64,000 nucleotides of DNA from Candidatus Kaiserbacteria bacterium. GTDB lineage: Bacteria > Patescibacteriota > Minisyncoccia > Phycocordibacterales > Phycocordibacteraceae. The position numbers and the translations under genes are program-made. Where the stretch lies: contig JACPGH010000007.1 of the NCBI GenBank assembly GCA_016182485.1, positions 27,656-91,655 of the forward strand, given 5' to 3'. A model generated the notes under the pieces. The model saw nothing but the letters and a program-made list of their open reading frames with translations. It made no database searches and had not been told where the DNA came from. Numbering within the stretch: position 1 is the stretch's first letter; every line of letters begins with the position of its first letter. Positions 30,301 to 37,398 of this stretch are shown in pieces.

Positions 30301-33300
30301 CTGGCTGTCTCCCGTATTGAGGTTGATTCCTATGCTATTAGAATTCGGATTATTAATGGTGAAAATCGAAGTCGGCCCGGGTGTAAAATCAAATCGATCG
30401 CTGCCGCCGATTTGGACAGCCCCGTTTTGCATCACTAAGAGTCCCGCATTGCCGGCCGACAGTCCCCCCGCGAACGTCGAAGTCGCCGTCGTCGAGGTCG
30501 CGGTGAAATACTGTGAGACGGTTTCCCCAACCACCGAAAGTTTGGCATAGGGACTCGTCGTCCCGATACCGACGTTGCCAGAATTTGTAATACGCATTTG
30601 CTCCGTAGCAGAAGCTCCAGTTTCGAAAAGAATATTCCCGTAGGTAGCGCTGGCGCTCGTGTTGGTAATGTGTATGTTGCCGGTACTCGGATTATAAAGA
30701 TCAATGTACGCAATGTTATCAACTCCGAGAATCTTGCTTGTACTCAGCCCTAAATTGCCGGCGAGCGTATTGGAGGAACCGTTAAGCGCCATAACGTTTG
30801 TTGCGCCAACTCTCAGATTTAACACACTGTACCCGGCAGTTTTAAGGTATGATCCACTGTTTTCCGCGCTTATTTCCGTATACCACGTGGGGTCACTTGG
30901 TAAACTTGCTCTGACGTTCGTGCCCGCCACCAATCCACCAGTGAGCGTGGAAGTGCTTGTATTCGTAACGATAAGGTTCGTCAATGTCGACGTTCCCACT
31001 GCGAGCGTGCTTGTCCCCGTTATCGCACCACCAAAAAATCCTGTGCCACTAACATAACTATTGCCATGTACGCTTAACAGAGCCGCAGGACTCGTCGTCC
31101 CGATGCCGACGTTGCCCGTGTCGCTCTTGATGGCGATGTCTGTCCTCTGGATGCTGCCATCATCCGCCGAAATCCAGAAAGCATCGTCAATGATTCGGAG
31201 AATATGTTTCTTGCTGTTCGAGTTGTCTTGGAGGACGATACCCGGATTTGTGCCGCTGCCCGGGCCTATGTGCAGAGAGGTGGTGAGTGCCGTTGCAATG
31301 CCGCTTCCTGGGCTCGCCGTCCCGATGCCGACGTTGCCGGAAGTATCAATTCTCATTCTCTCTGTAGGTGTAAAACTATTGCCAGCTGTTAGCCCGCTGT
31401 TTGTGAAGAACCGAATATTCCCCAAATAATTTTCCACTTGCGAAGCCATCGTACTCCGGGCGACATAACTACTGCCATTCCACGACATTCCTCCGGCAAT
31501 ATTGCCTTGGCTGTCCGCAGTTGAAATGAGAAAGCCGCCACTGTTAGTCCCGTCGGAACCAAACCTTATTTGAGTATTTGAGCTTGCTGTGGCTATGTCC
31601 AGCTTATAGTTTGGCCCCGCCGTCCCGATGCCGACGTTGCCGGTGCTTGTTATTCGCATCCGCTCTGCAATCGTGGAATCGGTCTGCGTTGTCGAAAATT
31701 GCAGATACCCGGCGTTAGGGTTCGATTCCATTCTTCCTGCAATTGTGGCAAAGGCTAATGCACCTGTTGCTCCGCCACCAAAACCGGAGAATCGAAGTTG
31801 AGGACCTTTATCAATTGCTGCAGCATCGCTTGAACGTAAGACTAGGGTGCCAGCAGATTCGGCTGAATTAACCACTCCACTCGCTGCCTCAACCGTTAAT
31901 TTCCCACTTGGACTCGTCGTCCCGATGCCGACGTTGCCGCTCGACAAAGTAGTGCCAGTACCATCGATCCCCGTACCATAAATGAGATTGCCAATATTAA
32001 GAATATTTGATGAGGTGACCGCCGGAGCATCAATGTCGTAGCCTAGGATGATATTCCGCGAACCAGTCGTAAGCGCATCTCCTGCCTGATAGCCCAGGAG
32101 AATATTCCCCCCGCCGTAGGTGATGGCATTCCCCGCATTGTAACCAAGCGCTACGTTCCCTTCGGTATCATTGGAGGGGCCGGTAATCATATTAAGCAGA
32201 GCCTGATAGCCGATGGCGACTTGATTTGAAGAGCTCGTCGCTGTTTGAAGCGCACTCTGTCCCATTGCGATGTTGTAGCTACCCGTCGTATTGCTCAAGA
32301 GGACATTTACACCGATGCCGATGTTTGACGCTCCACTCGTATTCGCTGACATAGCACTTCTGCCGACAGCCGTATTGAAATCGCCCGTCACGATCGCGCC
32401 GCCAATCGCGTTACTACCGACAGCTGTATTATATGCGCCTGTGGAAATATGGTAGCCTGCTTGAAGTCCCAGACCAGTATTTTCGACACCCGTGGTATCG
32501 GCTAAGGCGTATGCTCCCAAAGCGGTAAGGCCATCTGTCGTGACATTGCTATTTAACGCTGATGTGCCTATAGCTACGTTATTGCTTGCAGTAGTAAGGG
32601 AGGCACCCGCCAAATAGCCCAAGACTGAATTATTGTTTCCTGTGGTCAAACTCTTCAAACCATAGCGTCCGATCGCGATATTAGAAGTTCCAGTGGTAAT
32701 ACTAGAAAGAACCAAGTCGCCGCCAATGCCAATATTGTAAGTTCCGGTCAAGGTCGTGTTTCCAGCCGGCGCACCGTTCGTGCCAATCATGAGATTGCCG
32801 GTACCGTAAGAGTCAATCCACCTGTTGTCTCCCATCTTTATTTGACCAACTGCTGTAGTTGTAACCGGAAGACGGAAGTTCCCAGTAATTTCTAATTGCT
32901 CCGCCGGCGTCGTCGTCCCGATGCCGACGTTGCCCGCGCTCGTTACTGTGAGATACGGCGTGACCGTATCACTCGAGGAGGCGATGCGGAAGAGGTCCGA
33001 GGTCTGGCCGCTCCAGCCCTGGACGAAGAGCGTCGAGGTGGCGGAGGTGAGCGAGGCGTCTTGTATATAGAGCGGCTGATTGAATTCAAAGCGCTTGCTC
33101 GACGTGGCGGCGTTCCAGGCCAGCTGAGCGTTCGGCGAACTGCTGCCGCGCGCGAACACTAGGTAGGCGCTCTCTTGATCTGCGGATGTGTTATCAGAAT
33201 TGACAGTGAGCGTCTCTGCCTGCACATTGCCGCCGACTATAGTGCCCACCACGGTGACCGCGCTCACTTCGTTGGCGTAGATTTTATCGAAGCGCACAGA

Positions 33301-36300
33301 CGGCGTGCCGATGTCCTGTGTGCCGTCAAGCGCTTCGATGTTGCCCGTGATGATGTTGGAGCCGATGCGGAGCGTCCCGCCAGCGGCGACGATGTCGTGA
33401 TTGCCCGTACCGGTGAAGGTGAGGCCCGATCCGGCGCCGTCTATCGTCACGCCGCCGTTCAAGAGCGACGCGCCGTTGACCGAGAACTTTGACGATGGGG
33501 TTGAAGTCCCTATGCCGACGTTGCCATCCGAGTCGATGATGAAAGGAGTGGAATCGGGAGAAGCAGTATCCTCTACGACAAAGGAAGGGAAACTATTATC
33601 GCCATTGGTCACGCTCAACTTCCCCCATGGAGTCGTTGTGCCAACACCGGCCGCCGATTTGCTTCGAGTGAGTGATAGAACCGTATTAACAACACCTCCC
33701 AGGGCCCGCTCGATATGCAGGTCTCCGCCGTTTGTATCCACTGCGGTCGTCGAGACGCGGAATCCCCAGGTCTGACGACCGCCGGTGAGCGAATCGCCCA
33801 AAGTAAGCACTTGATTAGAGCCAGCCGTGTCACCTCCCGAGGTAAGGATATTCAGCGCGCCAAGTGGAGCCTGTGTCCCTATTCCCACCCTCCCATTCGC
33901 GAGTACGGTCACGAGCGTGCTCGTCGAAGTGCCGGCAGTCGTAGACGCGATAGTGAAGAGCGGCGTGTCTACAGCCGTCGACGCAGAATTTGAGATCGAC
34001 AGGAGGGAGTAGGGAGAAGTCGTCCCGATGCCGACATTTCCTGCCGTATCGATGCGCATGCGCTCGAGATTGTTCGTGCCGAAGACGACAGGGTTATTCG
34101 AGGTAGCGCCGAAAGCGACTATGCCGCCCGCATCGGCCATATTTCCCTTGAACAATACGGAGTTGTTAAGTTGTAGCGCACCGAATAGATTCCCCGTCTG
34201 CGTCGTGCCATACACATCGACCGCGCCATAGGAGTTCCCGTCGTTTTGAATAGAGACTTGGGTCCTGCTATTGGGATCCGCCCCGGTTATCGCCACCTGC
34301 GTCTGCCCACTACCCGAACCGAGGATATCCAGCAATCTTGTGGGTACAGCTTTGCCGATACCGATCTTGCCGTTCGCGAGCACGGTCATGAGGGTCGAAG
34401 TCGAGGTGCCGCCGGTGGTCGAGGCGATGGTGAACAAGGGCGTGTTGACCGTTGTTTGTTGGCTGTTTGAAATTGAGAGAAGCGAATATGGAGAAGTGGT
34501 CCCGATACCGACGTTTACGGCGTTCGCGCCCGTGCCTCCCAGCACGAGAGAGTTGCTCGCGCCGACGATTGCGTTCGCGCCGATAGCCGTAGCGTTTGTC
34601 AAAGTACTCGAAGCCGCATCGGCCAAGTGGCCCAAGAACGTATTGTAGGTTCCTGTTGTGTTAGTCCAGCCTGCATAAGTCCCGAAGGCTGCGTTATTAC
34701 TACCAGTGGTGTTGTAGCGTAAAGAACGATATCCATAACCAGCGTTGAAGTTACCGGTCGTATTTACCGAGGCGGCTTGATAGCCCGCTACGGTGTTGTA
34801 ATCGCCAGTCGTGTTTGCATCTAACACAAGACTGCCAAGGGCCGTGTTGTAGCTGCCGGTCGTATTGGCGGTGAGAACCTGCAAACCGAGCGCCGTATTG
34901 TGCCTGCCCGTCGTATTTACTGGCAGAGTGTATCCGCCTATTGCCGTGTTGTAATCGCCCGTCGTGTTCGCATTGAGCGCGAGATTGCCGATCGCGGTGT
35001 TATATAGCCCGGTAGTGTTAGCGGTCAGCGTGTTCGCGCCGATGCCCGTGTTCTGCGTCCCGGTCATCGTGAAGTTGCCCGCGTCGAGGCCGAGGAATGT
35101 GTTGTCCGTGCCGTAATTGTGGAGGAAGCGCATCGAGTTGACGTATACGCCGCCGGCCGTCGCGGTCGAAGAGGCGAGGACGAGATTGCCGCTAAACGTA
35201 GTCCCGCCTGTGATAGTGAGCCGGCCGAAGGTGGCCTCCGCCGCCGCGACCGAGATGCCGTTCGTGAGCGTGCTCCTGTCGAAAGTCCCGCCGCCGAAGG
35301 TGCCGTTATTGATGGTCAGATTATCGAGCTTTTCGATTCTCGCCACTTGCTGAATGGTCGTGATATTGGTCGCGGTCTGTCGCGAGATTGGCGAGAGCAT
35401 GCCGCCGACGGTGGAGAGAATGTCGTTTTTGAGCGCATTGAGCGAGAGCGTAACGTAGTCCTGTGTGACGCCCTCGACGACGGTGGTGTAGAAGTTGGAG
35501 GCTGGTTGCTGGAGGCTGGTTACTGGAATGATGTAGGCGCTAGCCGGAGCGGAGGCGACAACCGGGGTGGAGCTTGCCGTGCCCTTCGTAGCCTTTGTCG
35601 CAGGCTTAGGCGAAGTAGGGGAGCTTGCCGTGCCCTTCGTAGCCTTTGTCGCAGGCTTAGGCGAAGTAGGGCTATATACGATGACGGGCGCTGGTGCGGG
35701 GTTCAAAAGATACGCGAGGCCGCTCGCCCCGTTAGAAATCAGATTTCTAACGGGGCTGGTCGCAGAGTCCCAAAAATTGTTGATCGCTCGGTAGGTCGTA
35801 AGCGCGACTTTTTCTCCGGCCGAGAGCTGGGAGATGACGGCGGCGACGGGAGTGCCTTCGCGGTTCATATTTTCAAGAAGAGCAGGACCCTTGCCGCGCG
35901 TCGCCTCGTACGCGCCGACGATGGTTCTGCCGACCGCGCTGAATATCTGCGGGTCATTCACCATCTCGCTGAACCTTCGAGGAGCGAGTGTGAGCGGCTG
36001 GGCGGCTGCGACACCCGCATACGCGAGGTCCCCGGTCCCGGTAACGAGGGCGAGATATCGGTCGGAAGCGAAGGCGGTCGCGCCGACGAAGCGGTGCGCG
36101 AGCGCGTACTCGGCGTCGAATACCGCCTGAGCGATTCTCGGCCCTGCTTCGCTCACGCTACGCAGGGCGAGCCCGGCTTTTTCTGGCGTTTTGATAGTAG
36201 CGGCGACAGTCGCCCGCGCGAGCAGATCGCCTGTATTCCCGACGAGCGCCACGGTGGCGCGCCCTGCTTCGTTAAAACTACGCAGGGCAAGAGCGCTTAC

Positions 36301-37398
36301 TTCAGGTGCGGCAGTGGCGGGTACATACGCGAGCGAGACGTCCGCCTGGATCGCCGCATGCGTGAGATCGATGACTGCATTGCCGAACGCGAGATTCACG
36401 CGATTGACGAAGGATGGGGAAGCGGCCAGCGCATCGCGCGCCGTCGCCGCGAAAGCGAGCGCTTCTCTCCCCGAGACATCGAGGAGCGATCGATACGTCG
36501 AAAATATTTTCTCGACCGCGCCGTACGAGTTCTCGCCAAGCGCGAGGTACTGCTCTTTGCCGACGCGCGCCACGTTTGCGGGCGCATGCAGGATAGCGCC
36601 TCGCATGCGCTCCGGAGAAGAGAGGAACGCGAATGTCTCGAGGATACTGTCCTCGAGAAGCTGGGCTTCGCTCGCAGACAATTCACGCGAAGTAATAGGA
36701 GAAGTGCCGCGCCCGCCGCTCGCCCCGTTAGAAATCAGATTTCTAACTGGGCGGGCATCAAGCTTCAGTACGAACAGTGGCGAAAGAGAGATGTCCTTAA
36801 TCTCTGACGTCGCATATGTCCTATGTGCATCCTCTGATTTGGTCGTATTCCTAAAGGACGCCGATTTACGCTGGTTCAGATCCGCGGATATCCTCTGATA
36901 TGGATCCGCGCTAATCTCCCGGAAGCCGAAAGCGACGACGCGCGCGAACGAACCGAGAGCGCGTGCTGCCTGCGGAATGATCGGGGTCTGCGCGGCGAAA
37001 GCCGCTCCGGTTACCACGAACGCGGCTACCGAAAGCGCGGCGAGTTGAGAACGCCATCCGCTAAACGCAGATGATCGCAGATCTAAATCCGCGGATATCC
37101 GCTGATTCAATTTGGCGGAAATCCGCTTATACATCTGCGGAATCCGCGCAGCATGCCGGTGTGAGCGATATTCAGCTTCGCGCGCGCGCGCGAGCGCGCG
37201 CGAATAATCAGACTTACGCGCTTCCTGCCGGTCAAGGAAGCGGATAAGAGACTCTCTGCCGACGAACCAGCTGTGGCCGATCTTTTTTCCGGAAATTTTC
37301 CCGCTGCGGACTAGACGCGCGAGGTAATCGGAAGTATATCCGGACAGCTCTCCAGCATCCTTTGTCGTGATCAGATTTCCGTTAAGAGAAGGATCCAT
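18340..37398 (-). CDS. Giant (6352 aa) membrane-anchored fibre/adhesin-like protein: N-terminal cytoplasmic HTH_17 (MerR/excisionase-type) domain, one TM helix, ~6000-aa extracellular region with YadA-head-like NTAIG/NTTG repeats and dozens of phage-tail-fibre-like GNVGIGTTSP repeats, two tandem peptidase-S74-like intramolecular chaperone domains, and C-terminal DUF5011-like Ig domains
   Basis: Uninterrupted 19,059-nt ORF. N-terminal motif ITTKDAGELSGYTSDYLARLVRSGKISGKKIGHSWFV. TM segment WRSQLAALSVAAFVVTGAAFAA. ggactcgtcgtcccgatgccgacgttgcc (GNVGIGTTSP on the minus strand) recurs throughout. CSASDERLKQDI…FYW…GLIAQQV…MILAIQEL matches the S74 autoproteolytic chaperone. PPIVTLNGEAAMQISEGQTFTDPGATATDETDGDLT…TDAAGN matches DUF5011. 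Confidence 0.8.
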   Translation of the reverse strand: MDPSLNGNLITTKDAGELSGYTSDYLARLVRSGKISGKKIGHSWFVGRESLIRFLDRQEARKSDYSRALARAREAEYRSHRHAARIPQMYKRISAKLNQRISADLDLRSSAFSGWRSQLAALSVAAFVVTGAAFAAQTPIIPQAARALGSFARVVAFGFREISADPYQRISADLNQRKSASFRNTTKSEDAHRTYATSEIKDISLSPLFVLKLDARPVRNLISNGASGGRGTSPITSRELSASEAQLLEDSILETFAFLSSPERMRGAILHAPANVARVGKEQYLALGENSYGAVEKIFSTYRSLLDVSGREALAFAATARDALAASPSFVNRVNLAFGNAVIDLTHAAIQADVSLAYVPATAAPEVSALALRSFNEAGRATVALVGNTGDLLARATVAATIKTPEKAGLALRSVSEAGPRIAQAVFDAEYALAHRFVGATAFASDRYLALVTGTGDLAYAGVAAAQPLTLAPRRFSEMVNDPQIFSAVGRTIVGAYEATRGKGPALLENMNREGTPVAAVISQLSAGEKVALTTYRAINNFWDSATSPVRNLISNGASGLAYLLNPAPAPVIVYSPTSPKPATKATKGTASSPTSPKPATKATKGTASSTPVVASAPASAYIIPVTSLQQPASNFYTTVVEGVTQDYVTLSLNALKNDILSTVGGMLSPISRQTATNITTIQQVARIEKLDNLTINNGTFGGGTFDRSTLTNGISVAAAEATFGRLTITGGTTFSGNLVLASSTATAGGVYVNSMRFLHNYGTDNTFLGLDAGNFTMTGTQNTGIGANTLTANTTGLYNTAIGNLALNANTTGDYNTAIGGYTLPVNTTGRHNTALGLQVLTANTTGSYNTALGSLVLDANTTGDYNTVAGYQAASVNTTGNFNAGYGYRSLRYNTTGSNNAAFGTYAGWTNTTGTYNTFLGHLADAASSTLTNATAIGANAIVGASNSLVLGGTGANAVNVGIGTTSPYSLLSISNSQQTTVNTPLFTIASTTGGTSTSTLMTVLANGKIGIGKAVPTRLLDILGSGSGQTQVAITGADPNSRTQVSIQNDGNSYGAVDVYGTTQTGNLFGALQLNNSVLFKGNMADAGGIVAFGATSNNPVVFGTNNLERMRIDTAGNVGIGTTSPYSLLSISNSASTAVDTPLFTIASTTAGTSTSTLVTVLANGRVGIGTQAPLGALNILTSGGDTAGSNQVLTLGDSLTGGRQTWGFRVSTTAVDTNGGDLHIERALGGVVNTVLSLTRSKSAAGVGTTTPWGKLSVTNGDNSFPSFVVEDTASPDSTPFIIDSDGNVGIGTSTPSSKFSVNGASLLNGGVTIDGAGSGLTFTGTGNHDIVAAGGTLRIGSNIITGNIEALDGTQDIGTPSVRFDKIYANEVSAVTVVGTIVGGNVQAETLTVNSDNTSADQESAYLVFARGSSSPNAQLAWNAATSSKRFEFNQPLYIQDASLTSATSTLFVQGWSGQTSDLFRIASSSDTVTPYLTVTSAGNVGIGTTTPAEQLEITGNFRLPVTTTAVGQIKMGDNRWIDSYGTGNLMIGTNGAPAGNTTLTGTYNIGIGGDLVLSSITTGTSNIAIGRYGLKSLTTGNNNSVLGYLAGASLTTASNNVAIGTSALNSNVTTDGLTALGAYALADTTGVENTGLGLQAGYHISTGAYNTAVGSNAIGGAIVTGDFNTAVGRSAMSANTSGASNIGIGVNVLLSNTTGSYNIAMGQSALQTATSSSNQVAIGYQALLNMITGPSNDTEGNVALGYNAGNAITYGGGNILLGYQAGDALTTGSRNIILGYDIDAPAVTSSNILNIGNLIYGTGIDGTGTTLSSGNVGIGTTSPSGKLTVEAASGVVNSAESAGTLVLRSSDAAAIDKGPQLRFSGFGGGATGALAFATIAGRMESNPNAGYLQFSTTQTDSTIAERMRITSTGNVGIGTAGPNYKLDIATASSNTQIRFGSDGTNSGGFLISTADSQGNIAGGMSWNGSSYVARSTMASQVENYLGNIRFFTNSGLTAGNSFTPTERMRIDTSGNVGIGTASPGSGIATALTTSLHIGPGSGTNPGIVLQDNSNSKKHILRIIDDAFWISADDGSIQRTDIAIKSDTGNVGIGTTSPAALLSVHGNSYVSGTGFFGGAITGTSTLAVGTSTLTNLIVTNTSTSTLTGGLVAGTNVRASLPSDPTWYTEISAENSGSYLKTAGYSVLNLRVGATNVMALNGSSNTLAGNLGLSTSKILGVDNIAYIDLYNPSTGNIHITNTSASATYGNILFETGASATEQMRITNSGNVGIGTTSPYAKLSVVGETVSQYFTATSTTATSTFAGGLSAGNAGLLVMQNGAVQIGGSDRFDFTPGPTSIFTINNPNSNSIGINLNTGDSQSAFVNFSRSSAVKWGLGLPYSASDNFVISKGNAPAEDSSAVFTILSSNNNVGIGTTSPNNNLQVVSGAAGSAPLAITNTSDNYTVRVTSSGALPYWQFTNAAVSAVVNAGIDASSLNLGRGNVQIIGSDTPTASTIPARLYVVGDGTNPAAIFNTGNIGIGTTTPSARLDIVPTTVPSQTYAPIMILESRLANGYSEQGGYIGFRQVDVGNNVVTNDAARIVAVHDNFQAEQGDTGLSFWTTPANLSVAERVRISSTGNVGIGTTTPGVLLDVVKNSTSDNGTIFPTVRVRNLSTSDKSYAQFQVDVAGGGVTSYWQGEGVGTGKLGTPGAFIGTYTNHPFAFVTNDSEKMRLTAGGNLGIGETAPGSKLSVSGGATIGASYDTTVAPTNGLIVEGNVGIGTTSPYSLLSISNSAGTTVNTPLFTIASTTAGNSTSTLMTVLANGNVGIGTAAPGYTLDVTKSEPGNYVANFYNSNTTNGSHGMYVNVAQGSNTNALVVATEGTPRLTVNSTGVVSGGNFTTTSGYIGYDVNHNLNWTGSAYRLLSNADPITFVGAYELMRITAAGLVGIGSTTPWGQLSASSTSAYPTLAIEQKSTGPAAVFLGGNVGIGTTSPASLFSVHGNGLFSGNITAANITATGTLTAANISTTGYLSTSNAAVGGDDWYISAGDSGHLGFFKDSTAVSTNGKMVLTTGGLLGVGGGLNTATVPAEELEVYSSSGVTAIRITGDSNQGAPELQFNMRNGVANQAKIVGSSGESHNSPELQFYVNTGADSTNTLVQRMTINDLGKVGIGTTSPYSLLSISNSAGTTANTPLFTIASTTGGTSTSTLMTVLANGRVGIGTAGPSTLFDIVSNSSATSTIRQFLTSDAGPALQLIHARGTASAPSATCGVDCSSDTLGQIDFMGYDGSAYQTGARIIAEAAGNGSWSPGGLGTSLVFYGVDTNTSSLAERMRFQPNSTVEFFGLGASGLSLTGSQMIVSSSFRFGYGGTTQDGYVPATGPDGWGMISSTGSFRVNLDADNDNTGQAFVIGHHQTDGDATNNVLMVVNDSGNVGIGTTTPNWLLQAAGTRPSFALSDSSAGANLKHWLFSSMGGNLYVGTSTDAYGTSTPAALTITNAGNVGIGKAIPNFLAEFSRSDTTSTRSGNISAEIAVVNDLPGTNYGPGAGIRFLAPTGGVTPTPSVGRILGTFGGNCYGNDCSLLVFQTTTGANVFSDAMIISGTEVSIGTPTINPAVPLEVVGSVAPSSVGAAGILQLYRGVNDGVSYPNIAEFALGRYQVGDTNPYSRLDINLKSSGSFDKTGDVTVMTLQANGNVGIGTTSPGALLSISGGPASILFNRPNNSHDGGLTLDSNGAALWKVGFIGGLTSNNFYIRDGKDDKTLLAFAAAGLDNAISVSATQVAIASTLYANGSGNVGIGTTSPAALTSIGGDLFVGASTAGGTNGKLGIGVANPVQIIHAVGSTPYIRLDDSASSPAGKIVYFGNNAGRIILGTDAGTSGRKFSIGYNAPDDSMFIADSTGNVGIGTTSPLNLLHIATSGDDMTFGGNAGANVAGNLYYSSGWKYIEAAGGAAIGINDNNRAGDIGFYTAPSGAVGSAATLSARMYIQEGGNVGIGTTSPDALLNIQNYGGGQGLNSQFIVNSGYAAGPGSISMSVVNSGNVFLGFDVDEVAAAMVARGTAASMLRELNGELLFTGDTGLTMNSAFTPTTRMTLDLSNGKFGIGSTTPWGQLSASSTSAYPTLAIEQKSTGPAAVFLGGNVGIGVTNPTSKLVVAGSTSASPNDYVAVFRTIDDAANRPIIRIENSAQSELARWDYNGYLTAPGFYATSNYVLSVAPGNIIIASQSGSTLQMGDVNGKAQKLSLYSNGVESLTIDTSGNVGIGTTSPWGVLSVTNAGSGPSFVVEDTESPDATPFTIDAGGSVGIGVSNPALSLQVNGAAGVPANSGTTATGRVRFSGTDNIAMDFGALNTSPWSAWIQVHDSTDQSVNYPLSLQTNGGNVGIGTTNPGATLQVGTNVLTVSATTSNVGIGTVSPLATLHVAGDIFQPYSQQIRSGLDNTSIYGYLELYNTSTGNLTLQAHSANNRSALINPNGGNVGIGTTSPWADLHVRDTAQSAGITDTPDSWLNALFERAWGSSSAAGIAIVGSSKSTGGNGVVYLGNSDDWDNTALSGGNDVFKLYVGATIPFITAQGTGSGDGKLSIATTSANQVLTLYQPANDVAIELSALAGPTYKWTMGMDYSDGGKFKIASSSALGTDDRFVIDGNGNVGIGTTSPESRLAVAQPSAISSTFDLATLDANTNVTNASGVTQRGLVLKMPTFTMNNAPATLTGARIETGSPGQFDQGGDVATVRGIEITSGNWLGNTGGFTWRGVQITTPTMRKDHSGGNAQESYGIDITTGATTGSGTNGINTGLRITGGSQSNAGIQRGLHINMADASHAALIVQTGNVGIGTTTPGVLLDVYKSSNLVSRFDSGSHNYLRLNRGAVTNNNELEFQTNGTTNWAMGLGDDSENKFYITTNNAVPSDGAKLTITTAGNVGIGTTSPVGHLEIANTTTNNTRLILRGTTGNGAVLINGTDLTTAQEWFKIDAFGRASFDEQAQSTAETPAVNISNLTGYGIFGSSYLGFTTNASEKMRITSGGNVGIGTTSPYSILSISNAAGTAVNTPLFTIASTTAGTSTSTLMTVLANGNVGIGAAAPGGKLSVAGNIFFGDESHYLSTDNSTYAMLSSNRDVQLSISGNPKLTVQASTGNVGIGTTTPTNTLTVSGTRVAGSLTSVAKIGTSGFGGQTGDAIGLLFSDTATGGYDFARIQTRAPGGSNMALDFGVWDGSTISNYMTIIKNGNVGIGTTSPQSKLHVTGGFSGITPLAGTVLTVENSGSNYLSLLAPNANEQALLFGSPNNVADGGVFYSPNGLSRGMSFRTGGNATQMVINSTGNVGIGTTTPLSILQTTTGGDNYFVMDNKNYATSEGIWRLHVGNTTDFFSIEQNTAAVRDFSTSYTPFFIGGVSGGYNQRVGIGTTTPGSKLSIAGGVSVGTNYGAAAPTNGMIIEGNVGIGTTSPGTLLSLGDTGANTINISATATSTFGSGIDIRTGCFAINGVCVGGGSGTGTVGSGTAGQFPYYAGTGTTLTATSSLYVATNERVGIASSTPFAKFAVENTSAALSFAVNDQAGDPTPFVIDDSGDVGIGTASPGGQSERFSIVTTAGSASAMTIYNGSDPNYIGEFGIDASTGNLIITSRLVGSGVQPIYMSASAIGLGTTTPATLLEVGGETANVTFDGYKNCTGFTSNGNGLLACSASDERLKQDISPLATASGLSAIDALRPVSFYWDPAAERSSQKQFGLIAQQVREVFPDLVQTSAPTSLTPDGTLSINYDGLAAPMILAIQELSTTSTRLAGRVGTLENEITALTGGYFGFSYEGSISARNEPVTAPIIANWVYASSTPASIVENLQKPAEGIEPSEIEVTGSFPHQAAGLFTVYGNVAADSFVASTSVWTSNLAVTNEGYINRLTAQEVSATSFVNTSTRALKTDINYMSASSTEAVLGKVRGLKVATYRYAAEAGSNPLRLGLIAEDARETAPEILSIDGNGVDLYKLATLTLAGVQTLAEKVDRAEVRLTSLEARLAALESGAVSSASGSPVSFSTTSLASAFNAFGAYIAKGIAQFGTLVADQFVAATNSAGTSSAGTVKIIAGNTVAEVQNAYVKPSTKIFVTFTASTTGSWYIAEKKDGSFRLVLESPQAGDTSFDYFLIQTEGQMATSTPESQISNSQFSISNSNTSTQWITVLGDNPYLIEVGGNFVDPGIDAGGAPVTTYINGVESEVGPGTIDTSSETTYIITYRVLGPNGSIMATRSVIVGNGSVVAGTTSQESQVTSQESSATPESEVISPDSDSQPPIVTLNGEAAMQISEGQTFTDPGATATDETDGDLTAKIATSGSADTATAGSYTLTYSATDAAGNTGSVSRLVTVIEPLSAATETSTTPQ
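18548..18570. repeat. Fifth copy of the REP palindrome (tgtgaaggtctgaccttcac), lying in frame inside the C-terminal DUF5011-like domain of the giant gene
   Basis: Identical 19-bp palindrome to the REPtron flanks. Encodes SEGQTFT. Confidence 0.7.
35567..35690. repeat. Perfect ~62-bp tandem duplication inside the giant gene (encodes SPTSPKPATKATKGTASS x2)
   Basis: ggagcttgccgtgcccttcgtagcctttgtcgcaggcttaggcgaagtaggg appears twice in succession. Confidence 0.85.

Noticed and set aside
35119-36807. 562-aa + strand ORF overlapping the 5' part of the giant gene
   Set aside because: Antisense shadow ORF with Arg/Gly-rich composition. It shares palindrome-derived peptides (RPVRNQISN) only because the DNA is palindromic.
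20272-36898. Many 60-560-aa ORFs on the + strand inside the giant gene, often containing GLVVPMPTLP
   Set aside because: They are antisense shadows of the high-GC, stop-poor GNVGIGTTSP repeat DNA (GLVVPMPTLP is the reverse-frame reading). There are no independent starts or signals, and they are fully nested in the 19-kb ORF.
18340-37398. Regularly spaced 29-nt repeats (ggactcgtcgtcccgatgccgacgttgcc) that could be mistaken for a CRISPR array
   Set aside because: Spacing is irregular (60-400 nt), the repeats are in frame and encode a protein motif, and there are no cas genes or leader. These are coding repeats.
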